DNA of 64,000 nt, taken from the NCBI GenBank assembly GCA_964640005.1, contig CAZXGB010000001.1, positions 103,456 to 167,455 on the forward strand. Reading direction: 5' to 3'. The first letter of the stretch is position 1. Every line of letters begins with the position of its first letter. Made by a program: the position numbers and the translations under genes. Source of the stretch: an uncultured Actinomycetes bacterium. Its GTDB lineage: Bacteria; Chloroflexota; Dormibacteria; Dormibacterales; Dormibacteraceae. Below, in pieces: positions 16,670 through 25,957 of this stretch. A model generated the notes under the pieces. The model worked only from the letters and a program-made list of their open reading frames with translations. It ran no database searches and was not told the DNA's origin.

Positions 16670-19375
16670 TCAGATCGGGTGTGGAACGGCCGGGCGCGCG
16701 AGCCTGGCCGTCACCGCGGCGATATGCGCCGCGCCCCAGATCGCGGCCGCCAGGCCGATGAAGGCGAACCCCAGGTAGATCGCCCGCAGCCCGAACTCGT
16801 CCGCGGCGCTCAGCGTGAAGGCCACGGTCTGCGGGTCGGTCCGCGCCTTGACCGGATCCACCGGGCCGGACACGGCCTTCTTGGGCGGAGCGGAGGTGGC
16901 ATGTCCCGCGGTCGGGCGGGCCGTCGGGTGGGCTGCCGCGACCGGCGGTTTCGTGGACGCCGGGGTGGGCTTGCTCGGGGATGTGACGCCTCCGGCCACC
17001 GGCGCTGGAACCGGACCCGGCGTGTAGGAGGTGGAAACCGGCGCGGGGCTCCCCGCCGGCTGAGCGCCGAGCCAGGCGCGATAGGTCACGCCCTCGCCCG
17101 CGGTTGGCGAGCCGGAAACCATGTTCGTGACGAGCACGTCGTCAGGGTTGGTCCAGGCGTTCCAGGTCCAGGCGACGACGCTCACGCCATGGGCGGAAGC
17201 CCAGGGAAGGAATGCCGGCAGGTACGTCTGGGGTCCTGCCGCCGAGTCGCCGGTCTCGCCGGTGACGACAGGCACCGCCGCCGCCACGCGCGCCACGACC
17301 GCGTCCCAGCAGGACTGGGCGGCGCACTCGGAGGTGAGGCTCGGATTGGCGCTTGGATAGCTGTGCCAGGCTGCCGCGATGTTTGACCCGGAGGGCCGGT
17401 TGCCCAGCCAGCCGGAGAGGTCGCGCGCCCAGTTCGTGCCGGCGACCATCAGGACGTTCTGCGCGCCGGTGGACCGCACGTCGGCGATGAGCTCGTTCAT
17501 GCCCGCGGACCTCCAGTTGGCCGTCACCGTGAACGGCGTGCCGCCCGTCTCGTACTGCGTCAGCGTGCAGCCGCTCATCAGGCAGCTCCACTCGTTCGGT
17601 CCGCCGGGCGCGATCCAGTAGAAGAACGGCTCGTTGTACAGGTCGTAGATGACGCCCTGGTCATTGGCGAACGTGGCGGCGACGGACTTCCAGAAGGCCG
17701 GCGAGTGGTCCTCGTCGGGTGCGGGGTTCTGGCTCAGCGCGAGCTGTGTTCCGGGCGCCGACCAGTGGAGATCGACGATGACGTAGAAGCCCGCGGCGCG
17801 GAGGTCGTGCACGAGCTTGATCACCGGGGCCTGATAGGCGGAGCCGCCGATCTTCGCGCCGTTGATCCCGAGCCAGCAGTCTTCGTTGAGGGGCACGCGC
17901 ACGGCGTTGATGTGCCAGGCGTGCATCGCGGCGAAGGTCTGCGCGCTGTCCTCTGGCTGGCCGCCGAATGGATCGGAGCTCCAGCCCTGCGCGCACACGA
18001 ACTCCGTGCCGGCCATGTTGGCTCCGTGGAGACGAACCACCGCGCCGCTGGTGTCGACGAGTTGATTGCCGCTGACCCTCAGCCCGGCCCCGGTGGGACT
18101 CGTCGATGGGGGCGGAGGCACGGGCACGCTGCTCGGCTGCGGTACCGCCGAGGGAGCCGGTACCGGTGCCGGTGCTGTGGTCGGCGAGGGTGCGGGCGGC
18201 GGCGCGGCGCTCGGGGGAGGAGGCGGCGCGGCTCCCGTGAGCAGGGACTGCATGGTGTAGAAGCTCGACTTCTTCGTGACGTCGTCCGCGGCGACGACCC
18301 CGAACAGCTTGTGCTCGCCGGTCTGGGCCGGAGGGCAGCACAGGTAGACGGATTCGTCGCGCAGCGTGTAGTACTGTGCCATCGCCAGGCCCGGCGTCGC
18401 GGTCAGCGCCGCGTTGATCAGCGAGGACTGCTGGCTCCCGGTCGAGTCGCTCACGCCGTACTCGCCCATCCAGATCGGCTTGCCCCCCTGGCCGTGGGCG
18501 CTCAGCACTCCGCGGTATGCCTGGACCACCGAGCCGTAGTTGCCCCCGTAGTCGTGGAAGGCGGCGATGTCGAAGTAGCTGCCGCCGCCGGCGGCGTAGA
18601 TTCCGCTCAGCCAGGGGCAGCAGACCCCTGAGTCGTTGATGCTGCCGCCCTCGATCACCCGCACTCCGGGATAAGGGCTTGCTTTGACCGCGTTGTAGCC
18701 CGGGATCAGGATGTCCTGGACGTACTGGGCCGGGTTGTTGGCGACCAGCGACTGCCCGCCGTCCGGCTCGTTCCACATCTCGACGGCGTTGATCCGGCTG
18801 CCGTAGCGGCCCATGAAGGCGCTCACGAAGGCGCCGAAGTCAGCCGGGTGGGGGAAGGCGTTGTAGCCGCCGTCCCAGGCCGGGGTGTAGACCAGGATGG
18901 GCTGGAGCACGATGCCGTGACCGGCCGCGCTGCTGAAGATGTAGTCGGCCCGGGTCCAGTTGTAGCCGCCGTTGGAAGGCTCGACCAGGAACCAGGGGAT
19001 CTCGATTCGAATGTTGGCCACGTGGAGCTGCTGGGCGAGGGCCATCTCGGTGTCGATCCGGCCGAGCGGGTTGGAGGTGGTGCAGGCGCTGGCGCTGGGG
19101 CACCACCAGCCGTCGGGGTTGGCGCCCACGTACTGCCAGGGCCGGGCCGCGGGTTCGACGTTGATGCCCGCCGCCGCGCTCGTGGAGGCGGAAGCCGGGA
19201 CCAGCATGAAACCTGTGGATGCGACGGCGAACAACGCAAGGCCGAGCAACATCAGGCCGATGTGCGCTGGTTTGGGCAGGGATCCTCGATGCCTCTCTGA
19301 GGCAGGCCTCTTCGATTCCAACGTAATTACCCCTTCCTTGTCGCGATGGGAGCTTGCAACGGCGTTCGGGCTCAA
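16670..19375 (-). CDS. Membrane-anchored bifunctional glycoside hydrolase: signal peptide, clan GH-A domain, Pro-rich linker, GH5 cellulase-type domain, Pro-rich stalk, C-terminal TM anchor
   Basis: The GH-A domain is nearly identical to that of 4885-6444. The GH5 domain is paralogous to domain 2 of 1424-4420 (LYNEP, VTGETGD). The C-terminal hydrophobic segment is IYLGFAFIGLAAAIWGAAHIAAV. TTG 19321 is an alternative start, preceded by AAGGAAGGGG. Confidence 0.9.
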   Translation of the reverse strand: MSPNAVASSHRDKEGVITLESKRPASERHRGSLPKPAHIGLMLLGLALFAVASTGFMLVPASASTSAAAGINVEPAARPWQYVGANPDGWWCPSASACTTSNPLGRIDTEMALAQQLHVANIRIEIPWFLVEPSNGGYNWTRADYIFSSAAGHGIVLQPILVYTPAWDGGYNAFPHPADFGAFVSAFMGRYGSRINAVEMWNEPDGGQSLVANNPAQYVQDILIPGYNAVKASPYPGVRVIEGGSINDSGVCCPWLSGIYAAGGGSYFDIAAFHDYGGNYGSVVQAYRGVLSAHGQGGKPIWMGEYGVSDSTGSQQSSLINAALTATPGLAMAQYYTLRDESVYLCCPPAQTGEHKLFGVVAADDVTKKSSFYTMQSLLTGAAPPPPPSAAPPPAPSPTTAPAPVPAPSAVPQPSSVPVPPPPSTSPTGAGLRVSGNQLVDTSGAVVRLHGANMAGTEFVCAQGWSSDPFGGQPEDSAQTFAAMHAWHINAVRVPLNEDCWLGINGAKIGGSAYQAPVIKLVHDLRAAGFYVIVDLHWSAPGTQLALSQNPAPDEDHSPAFWKSVAATFANDQGVIYDLYNEPFFYWIAPGGPNEWSCLMSGCTLTQYETGGTPFTVTANWRSAGMNELIADVRSTGAQNVLMVAGTNWARDLSGWLGNRPSGSNIAAAWHSYPSANPSLTSECAAQSCWDAVVARVAAAVPVVTGETGDSAAGPQTYLPAFLPWASAHGVSVVAWTWNAWTNPDDVLVTNMVSGSPTAGEGVTYRAWLGAQPAGSPAPVSTSYTPGPVPAPVAGGVTSPSKPTPASTKPPVAAAHPTARPTAGHATSAPPKKAVSGPVDPVKARTDPQTVAFTLSAADEFGLRAIYLGFAFIGLAAAIWGAAHIAAVTARLARPAVPHPI
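18378..19168 (-). repeat. 791-bp block, 100% identical to 5519-6309
   Basis: See the partner feature. Verified line by line. Confidence 0.9.
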
Positions 19376-19464
19376 ACCTTGCGCGCCGGGTCGGGGTCTG
19401 GAGAACCGGGAAACCGGGCGACGCGGTCGCCCGGTTTCGGTCTTCTGGTGACGATGCCCCTGGG

Positions 19465-21420
19465 TCAGGACAACGGACAGCCGCCGGCTCCGTTGTTGGC
19501 GCTGTCGATCTGGGTGGCGAGATTGAGGATGGTGTTGCGGTCGCCGCTGGCGAGCGCTGCGTTGACGGACGAGATGATCTGCGACGTGGTCATCGAGTAG
19601 GCCACGCCCGAGCTGGTCGAGTTGAGGAGGCCCGCGACCGAGGCGCGGAGCAGGATCTGAGCCGCCCCGTTGATGGTGCTACCACCCTGGAAGGCGAGTG
19701 CTCCGGCGAGTGAGCTTCCGGCCAGTGACGTGCCGTTGCTCCCGTCCGGGAAGGTCGCGGGTACCGTGAAGACGGAGCTCACGAGCTGGCTCGGCGAATA
19801 GCCGGTCCAGAGCGCGAAGTGCTTGGGGTTCTTCCAGAATCCGGGGGTGCAGCCCTGAACTCCGAGCGGCTTGGTGATGACGACCTGCTCGGCGCCGCAT
19901 GGGCTGGTCACGGACTTGTTGTTCGCGTCGCCGTTGTACGTGGCGACCCAGTTGTAGGTTCCGACCGCGGTGGCCGAGAACCCGGCCGAAGCCGCGGTGC
20001 CGGCGCTCAGCGCTGCGTTGGCGAATCCGACCGCGCCGGACACGAAGTTCGTCCCGCTGCAGGTGGAGTCGCCCGGGCCGTAGAGCGCGAAGCTCACGGT
20101 GCCGGTCGGGTTGAACCCGCCGCTGACGGTGGCGCTGTCGGAGATGCTGGTGCCGATCGTGCCTGTCCCGGGGTTCGGAACGGTGACGATCGAGGGAATG
20201 GCCTGCTTGATCACGACCGTCTCGTCGCCGCAGTTGCTGGCGACGGCGTTGTTGTTGAGGTCTCCGTTGTACGTGGCCACCCAGCTGTACGTGCCGGCCT
20301 GGCTGGTCGGGAAGTCGGGCGACGTCGCGACGCCGCCGCTCAACGCAACGTTGGCGAACCCCGCCAGGCCCGACACGAGGTTCGGACCGGCGCAAGCCAG
20401 GTCGCCCGGCCCGTAAAGCGCGAAGGTGACGGTGCCGGTCGGGTTGAACCCGCCGCTGACGGATGCGGAATCGTGGATGGAGATGCCGACGGTTCCGCTC
20501 GCCGGCGTGGCGGTCGTCTGGATCACCGGCGTCGTCGGAACGATGACGACCTGCTCCGAGGCGCAGCCGCTGGAGACAGCCGCGTTGTTGACGTCACCGT
20601 TGTAGGTAGCGATCCAGCGATAGACGCCTGTCTGCGTCGCCACGAACGTGGGCGACGAGGCCTGCCCCGAGCTGAGCGCGATGCCCTTGAAAGCCGACCC
20701 GCTGACGTCCGTCGAGCACGACGGGTCGCCCGGCGCGAACAGCGAGAAGCTGACCGTACCGGTGGGGTTGATCCCGCCGGTGACATAGGCGGTGTCGGAA
20801 AGAGGGGTGCCGACGAAGCCCGACGTCGGGGTGGCGTTGGTCGTGATGCTGGGGGCGCCACAGCCGAGGACACGGATCTCGAAGGCCGCGAGGCCGGTCT
20901 GGCCGGCGAGTCCCTGCTTGAAGATGTCGACCTGGTAGTAGCCGCAGGCCGTCAGCGTTCGCGTGAACGACAACGTCGTGGTCGCGTGCGGCGCGATTGA
21001 GAATGCCGTGATCGTGCCGCTCGGGTCCTGGACCTCGGTCGCGAGCGTCTCGTTGAAATGACCATCGACGATCGCGCCGCTCAGGACGCCGGGCTGGCCG
21101 TCCGAGATGTCGGTCTGCACTCCGTTGATCGGATAGGACGTGATGTGGTCCAGGTTGAGCTGAAGGTTCATCGACTGCGTCCCGTCAGTCAGATTCGTCA
21201 CGTTCACGTTGAAGGTGAGCGTCTTCTGACCCTGGGCGAGCGAGTACCACTGGGGCGAGGGCGTGAAGCCCGTTGGAGGGGTGGACGACAGGATGCCGAG
21301 ATAGCTGGAGTTGCCCTCCGACGCGATGACACCTCCCTGGGCGAACAAAGACATCGCGCCGACCAACCCTGCGCCCAGGGTTAATCTCAACCACCGAGAA
21401 CTGATCCTGATTGACGCCAC
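19465..21420 (-). CDS. Secreted protein: N-terminal beta domain, three tandem Ig-like repeats (about 108 aa each), C-terminal CTPGFWKN-containing domain
   Basis: GTG 21420 lies 6 nt downstream of AGGAGGG (reverse complement of 21427-21433). Signal-like LTLGAGLVGAMSLFAQG. The repeats follow the pattern SGGFNPTGTVSFALYGPGDxxCSGxxxxSG...GTYxWVATYNGDxNNxxVxSxCGxExVVI. Confidence 0.8.
   Translation of the reverse strand: MASIRISSRWLRLTLGAGLVGAMSLFAQGGVIASEGNSSYLGILSSTPPTGFTPSPQWYSLAQGQKTLTFNVNVTNLTDGTQSMNLQLNLDHITSYPINGVQTDISDGQPGVLSGAIVDGHFNETLATEVQDPSGTITAFSIAPHATTTLSFTRTLTACGYYQVDIFKQGLAGQTGLAAFEIRVLGCGAPSITTNATPTSGFVGTPLSDTAYVTGGINPTGTVSFSLFAPGDPSCSTDVSGSAFKGIALSSGQASSPTFVATQTGVYRWIATYNGDVNNAAVSSGCASEQVVIVPTTPVIQTTATPASGTVGISIHDSASVSGGFNPTGTVTFALYGPGDLACAGPNLVSGLAGFANVALSGGVATSPDFPTSQAGTYSWVATYNGDLNNNAVASNCGDETVVIKQAIPSIVTVPNPGTGTIGTSISDSATVSGGFNPTGTVSFALYGPGDSTCSGTNFVSGAVGFANAALSAGTAASAGFSATAVGTYNWVATYNGDANNKSVTSPCGAEQVVITKPLGVQGCTPGFWKNPKHFALWTGYSPSQLVSSVFTVPATFPDGSNGTSLAGSSLAGALAFQGGSTINGAAQILLRASVAGLLNSTSSGVAYSMTTSQIISSVNAALASGDRNTILNLATQIDSANNGAGGCPLS
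19867..20850 (-). repeat. Three tandem coding Ig-like repeats
   Basis: Residues about 203-530 of the 663-aa ORF. Each repeat has two conserved Cys residues. Confidence 0.75.
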
Positions 21421-21699
21421 TGCACACCCTCCTGCTGGTTGACTTGCGCGCGCCAAGGCGCGTCAGGCAAGAGAACCGCAGCGAAGGTGCCGGCGCAATC
21501 CGTGGTTCCGGAGTCGATGGGGCATTTGACTCGGGCATGCTCCCGAGCCGGCGGGCGATGTGCCCACCGCGTCGCTCAAACCGTCACGACTGTCCCGTGT
21601 CCGGAGGCCTGGGTACCGCCATGCAGTGGGCGCTCAGCCCCGGCGGGCACTCAGCGCGTTTGGCGCACAACGCGCGCAATGCCGCGCGGATTCCGCTCG

Positions 21700-21722
21700 T
21701 GTGGCGCGAAACGCGCGCCACA
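21700..21722 (-). terminator. Hairpin 17 nt downstream of the M20 gene stop (candidate intrinsic terminator, no U-tract)
   Basis: tgtggcgcg / aaacg / cgcgccaca forms a 9-bp GC-rich stem. A second hairpin follows at about 21653-21675 (gcgcgtt..aacgcgc). Confidence 0.4.
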
Positions 21723-21738
21723 TTCCGGCGACCCGGGA

Positions 21739-22923
21739 TCAGCGCCGGGCCAGGTAGTCCAGGGCCACGCCGGCCAGCGTCGAGCTGCCCACCGGCAGCG
21801 CCGACTCGTCCAGGTCGAACGTGGCGGTGTGCAGCGCCTTCGGCTCGGCCCACGCCGGGTCCTTGACCCCGAGCCAGAGCATCGCTCCCGGCACCTTCTG
21901 CAGCACGAACGCGAAGTCCTCGGCGCCCATCTCCGGATACGACTGCAGCACCGCGTCCGGACCCAGCAGCGAGCGGGCGCTGGCGCCGAGCTGCTCCGCC
22001 ATCTCAGGATCACACACGGACGGCGGATAGCGCATCTCGAAATCGAAATGAACCTTCGCCCGAAGCGCCGCCGCCACGCTGCCGGCCACCTCCCGCAGCC
22101 GCTGCTCGAGGTGCGCGAACAGAGCGTCGTCGAAGGCGCGGATGGTGCCTTTCAGCACGGCGCGATCGGGGATCACGTTGGACTTGTTCCCCGCGTTGAA
22201 GGCGCCGATCGTGACCACGGCGGGCACGGTCGGATCCACCTCCCGAGCCACCAGCGTCTGAAGCGCCATGACGATCTGCGCGCCGGCGACGATCGGATCG
22301 ACCGTCGCGTGCGGCGCCGCCGCATGGCCGCCGTGACCCTCGATGGTGATGGTGAACGCGTCCGATCCCGCAAGCAGCGGCCCTGGTCCGTACGAGACCT
22401 GGCCCGCGTCGAGCTCCGGCCGGACGTGGAGCATGAACGCGGCATCGACCTTCGGATCGTCGAGCACTCCGTCCTCGATCATGCGCGCCGCCCCTGCGCC
22501 GCCCTCCTCCGCGGGCTGGAACATCAGCTTCACCGTCCCCGCGAAGCTGGAGCGCCGCTCCAGCAGCAGCTGCGCCGCCCCCAGGAGCATCGCCGTATGC
22601 GCGTCGTGCCCGCACGCGTGCATCACGCCGGGAATCTCCGAGGCGAAGGGCACGCCCGATTGCTCATCGATGGGCAGGGCGTCCATGTCGGCGCGCAGCA
22701 GCACGCACGGCCCGTCGCCCCGCTCGCCCTTGATCTCGGCCACGACCCCGGTGGTGGCGAGCCCGGCGCGGAACGGGATGCCGAGGTTCTGCAGGCGCGC
22801 TTGCACGAGCGTCGACGTCTGCCGCTCCTCGTAGCCCATCTCGGGGTGCGAGTGGATGGTGCGACGGTCGGCGACCATCTTCGGCCCCAGCGCGCGCGCG
22901 GATTCAAGCAGTTCGGAGCTCAC
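21739..22923 (-). CDS. M20D-family amidohydrolase (N-acyl-amino acid amidohydrolase / hippurate hydrolase-like)
   Basis: RRTIHSHPEMGYEE, LLRADMDALP, MHACGHDAH, MFQPAEEGGAGA and GGHAAAPH motifs across the full length (394 aa). Confidence 0.9.
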   Translation of the reverse strand: MSSELLESARALGPKMVADRRTIHSHPEMGYEERQTSTLVQARLQNLGIPFRAGLATTGVVAEIKGERGDGPCVLLRADMDALPIDEQSGVPFASEIPGVMHACGHDAHTAMLLGAAQLLLERRSSFAGTVKLMFQPAEEGGAGAARMIEDGVLDDPKVDAAFMLHVRPELDAGQVSYGPGPLLAGSDAFTITIEGHGGHAAAPHATVDPIVAGAQIVMALQTLVAREVDPTVPAVVTIGAFNAGNKSNVIPDRAVLKGTIRAFDDALFAHLEQRLREVAGSVAAALRAKVHFDFEMRYPPSVCDPEMAEQLGASARSLLGPDAVLQSYPEMGAEDFAFVLQKVPGAMLWLGVKDPAWAEPKALHTATFDLDESALPVGSSTLAGVALDYLARR

Positions 22924-22965
22924 GTCTGCGCGACTATCGTCGCACGACCAGGCGGTCGACCTGGT

Positions 22966-23400
22966 CTAGGCCACGATGGGCGGAGTCGGCGGCGTGCTCG
23001 GGCCGTCGAGCGCGGCGATGATGTAGCCGGCCAGGTCCTGCGGCGTCGTGCGCGACTTGACCAGCCAGCGGATCGGGCGCCCGCACACGATCGCACCGGC
23101 GACGAGCGGATCGTCGGCCGGAAAGTTGCTCAGGAAGAGGACGCGCAGCTCGCGCGTGTCCGCATCCTGGCGCAGCACGTCTAGCAGCTCGTCCCCGCGC
23201 ATCTCGGGCATCTGCCAGTCGAGGACGGCGACGTCGGGATGCTCGTGCCGGATCGCCATCAGCGCGGCCTGGGCGCTGCCGGCGACCGTCACCGCAAAAC
23301 CCGCCGCCGTGAGTCCGGCCTGGTACATGCCGGATACGGCCGGGTCATCGTCGACCAGCAGAACGTTCTGCTTCTCTCGCGTTCTCGAGCTCATGCTCAT
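22966..23400 (-). CDS. Stand-alone CheY-like receiver protein
   Basis: VLLVDDDPAV, DVAVLDWQMPEMRG, VLFLSNF, WLVKS. No output domain (144 aa). Confidence 0.85.
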   Translation of the reverse strand: MSMSSRTREKQNVLLVDDDPAVSGMYQAGLTAAGFAVTVAGSAQAALMAIRHEHPDVAVLDWQMPEMRGDELLDVLRQDADTRELRVLFLSNFPADDPLVAGAIVCGRPIRWLVKSRTTPQDLAGYIIAALDGPSTPPTPPIVA

Positions 23401-23486
23401 GTCTCCCGCAATAGAGAACGCGGAGGGTAACCGGCCCGACGCAAAAATCCCCGCCTATTTGGCTCCGGTGAGGCAGTCGCGCCCCC

Positions 23487-25079
23487 TCAGAGGCCCAGCT
23501 CGGCGAGACGCTGGGCGGCGTCCGAGTAGTACGGGTCGATCTCGAGCGCCCGGCGGTACGCCGCGCGGGCCGCGCCCCGATCGCCGCGGTCGAGCTCCAG
23601 ATCGCCCAGTTGCACGTACATGCCAGGCTCCGACTCGCCCAGCGCGGCCGCGAGTTGAAGCTCGGAGATCGTGCCGAGCTGCCAGTGGTACTGCGCCTGC
23701 AGCGGATCGACCGTGACCGAGCGCGACGCCAGGCCGTGGAAATACCACGTGTCGGCGAGCATGGGCAGGAAGCCGAACGCGACCGCGAGCAGCGCGGCTG
23801 GCACCGCCGCGACCGCGCCGACCATGGGTCGCGCGGCGACAGTCCGAGGCGTTGCGGCGGTCGCGGGCCGCGGCCCGGACGTTGCCACCCACAGGACGCC
23901 CGCGAGCACCCAGAACATTCCGGTCACCGGCGCCCAGTCGAAGTTGACCAGCACCCACGCCGAATATCCGGCCAGCGCGCTGGCGAGGGCCCGCACGGCG
24001 GGGTCCCTGCGGCGGCGCCATGCGAAGTAGGCCAGGACGGCCAGCACCGAGCCCGTGGCCAGCAGCCCGAGCAGGCCCTGCGTCGCGGCCAGGTCGATGG
24101 GCCCGGAGTGGATGCGGTCGAACGTCACGCCGGTGGCATAGTCCCGGTGCAGGAAATGGCCGAGGTTCACGCCGGTCGTGTCCTCGCCGAAACCGGTGAG
24201 CGGCCGTGCCGCAACCATCTGCAGGCCGTCCGCCCAGAGGTGCAGTCTCAGCTTGGGCGGGTCGCCGTTGAGCCGGCGCAGCGGCGAGTACACGAGGACG
24301 ACGAGCCCGATCGGAACCAGGGCCGCCGCGAGGGCCCCGGCGAGCGCGACCAGCCGCAGCGGCAGCGCCAGCACAACCATCACCGCCAGCGCCACGGCCA
24401 CGGCCACGAAACCGCTTCGGGAATTGCTGACGTAGAGGCCGAAGCCGAGCAGAACCAGAGACCCGGCCCACGCCCACAGCGGCCGGCCGCGCGAGCGCCA
24501 CACGCGCTCCACCGCGAGGGGAGCCGCCATGGCCACGAGAGCGGCGAGCATGTTGGCGTTGCCGAGGTCTCCGTCCGGCCGGAAGGGAACGTGCTGCGCC
24601 CACTGGGCCCACGCCTTGAGGCAGGCAACGCTCGTGCCCGCGACGAACGCGGCGATCAGCCAGTCGCGCTGGCGCGCGTCGCGCAGCAGCCATACCGTGG
24701 AGGCCAGGAGCCCGAGGTAGCCGAGCCGCACCGGCAGCGTCTCGTACCGGAAGTAGGACCCCGCCAGGCCGAGCGGCCACGAGGTCGAAAACGCGAAGGC
24801 GAGCAGGGCCGCCGCCGCCGAGGCGATGAGCGGCCACCGCAGCGCTCCAAGCGTGCCGTCGCGCCCGAACTGGAGCGCAAGCGCGATTCCGAGGCAGGCT
24901 CCGCCGATCACGAGGGCGGCGCGGGGCAGGATGAACCGGTCCGCCATCCAGGGCGCCACGAAGACCGGCAGGGCGGCGGCGAGGAAGGCCGGCAGGTACC
25001 CGCTCAGAGCGGCCGCGGAGAGGCGGCTCGCACGGCCCGCCTCAATCGGCGTGCCGGCCGCCCCCGTGATCGCGCTCAC
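23487..25079 (-). CDS. O-antigen ligase/polymerase-like (Wzy_C) polytopic membrane protein with C-terminal TPR-like tail
   Basis: At least 10 hydrophobic segments. It has a LYVSNSRSGFVAVAVALAV block typical of the O-antigen ligase family, and the C-terminus reads GDRGAARAAYRRALEIDPYYSDAAQRLAELG. Confidence 0.75.
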   Translation of the reverse strand: MSAITGAAGTPIEAGRASRLSAAALSGYLPAFLAAALPVFVAPWMADRFILPRAALVIGGACLGIALALQFGRDGTLGALRWPLIASAAAALLAFAFSTSWPLGLAGSYFRYETLPVRLGYLGLLASTVWLLRDARQRDWLIAAFVAGTSVACLKAWAQWAQHVPFRPDGDLGNANMLAALVAMAAPLAVERVWRSRGRPLWAWAGSLVLLGFGLYVSNSRSGFVAVAVALAVMVVLALPLRLVALAGALAAALVPIGLVVLVYSPLRRLNGDPPKLRLHLWADGLQMVAARPLTGFGEDTTGVNLGHFLHRDYATGVTFDRIHSGPIDLAATQGLLGLLATGSVLAVLAYFAWRRRRDPAVRALASALAGYSAWVLVNFDWAPVTGMFWVLAGVLWVATSGPRPATAATPRTVAARPMVGAVAAVPAALLAVAFGFLPMLADTWYFHGLASRSVTVDPLQAQYHWQLGTISELQLAAALGESEPGMYVQLGDLELDRGDRGAARAAYRRALEIDPYYSDAAQRLAELGL

Positions 25080-25089
25080 GGAACCGCGT

Positions 25090-25833
25090 TCACTCGTGCT
25101 CGTACAACGTCACGCGAGCGACGGTGCCCTCGAGCGTGCCGCCCGCGGTGAGCCGCGCGCCGAGGTCCACGAACCACGGAGTGGAGGGCCGCGCCAAAGG
25201 AGTGGCGATGGCCGGCATCGGCACGCTGAGGGCAGCGAACTGCTGTCCGTTCACGTTGAGCGCGAGCGAGACCTCACGGCTGGTCGAACCGCCGGCGCAC
25301 TTGAACTGCACATCGTTCAGGTGGCCCCCGGACTTGACGTACTGGCGCATCTGCTCCTCCTGGTCCGCGCCCACGAGGTCTTGCGGGTGGTGCACGTCGT
25401 TCACCTCGTCCACGTTCCAGTGGCCGTCGGCGGAGACCCAGAACCAGAACTGCGCGCGCGGCGACAGGCGGCAGATCACCATCACCTTCGAGTCCGCCGG
25501 CCCGCGCACGCCCAGGCTCGCGGTGCCCACTACCTCGGAGACCGAGTAGTCGCCGCCGTCGGTCGCGAACAGGTCGGCCGGCGTGCTGATGTTGAAGAGA
25601 CACCCGCCGGTCACCGGCAGCGTGTTGTCTCCGGGGCTCACCACCTGCATGAACTGGCAGTAGCTTCCGGCGTGGAGGACGGTGCCGGTGCGGACCAGGG
25701 GCAGCGCTCCGGAGGGCGAGCTGGGAGAGGGAGCCGGCGATGTGTCGCTCGCCACCGAAGGGTCGGCACACGCGCACAGAGACGTCGCCGCAAGAGCGAA
25801 AAGCAGGACACGAAGCCCGCGAGAAGCACCCAC
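25090..25833 (-). CDS. Hypothetical lipoprotein
   Basis: Signal plus lipobox LLFALAATSLCAC, followed by a Pro/Ser-rich spacer. I recognised no known domain. Confidence 0.65.
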   Translation of the reverse strand: MGASRGLRVLLFALAATSLCACADPSVASDTSPAPSPSSPSGALPLVRTGTVLHAGSYCQFMQVVSPGDNTLPVTGGCLFNISTPADLFATDGGDYSVSEVVGTASLGVRGPADSKVMVICRLSPRAQFWFWVSADGHWNVDEVNDVHHPQDLVGADQEEQMRQYVKSGGHLNDVQFKCAGGSTSREVSLALNVNGQQFAALSVPMPAIATPLARPSTPWFVDLGARLTAGGTLEGTVARVTLYEHE

Positions 25834-25957
25834 CGCTCGCGGATTCTAGGGCGCATTTTGCGGCGCGGCAGGAAGCCACAAACCGTTAACCGGCCGATCG
25901 CTTGGCGTTCGCAAGCCGTTCCCCTGCCCTGGCCATGCTCCCCGAGGGAAGACGTGG

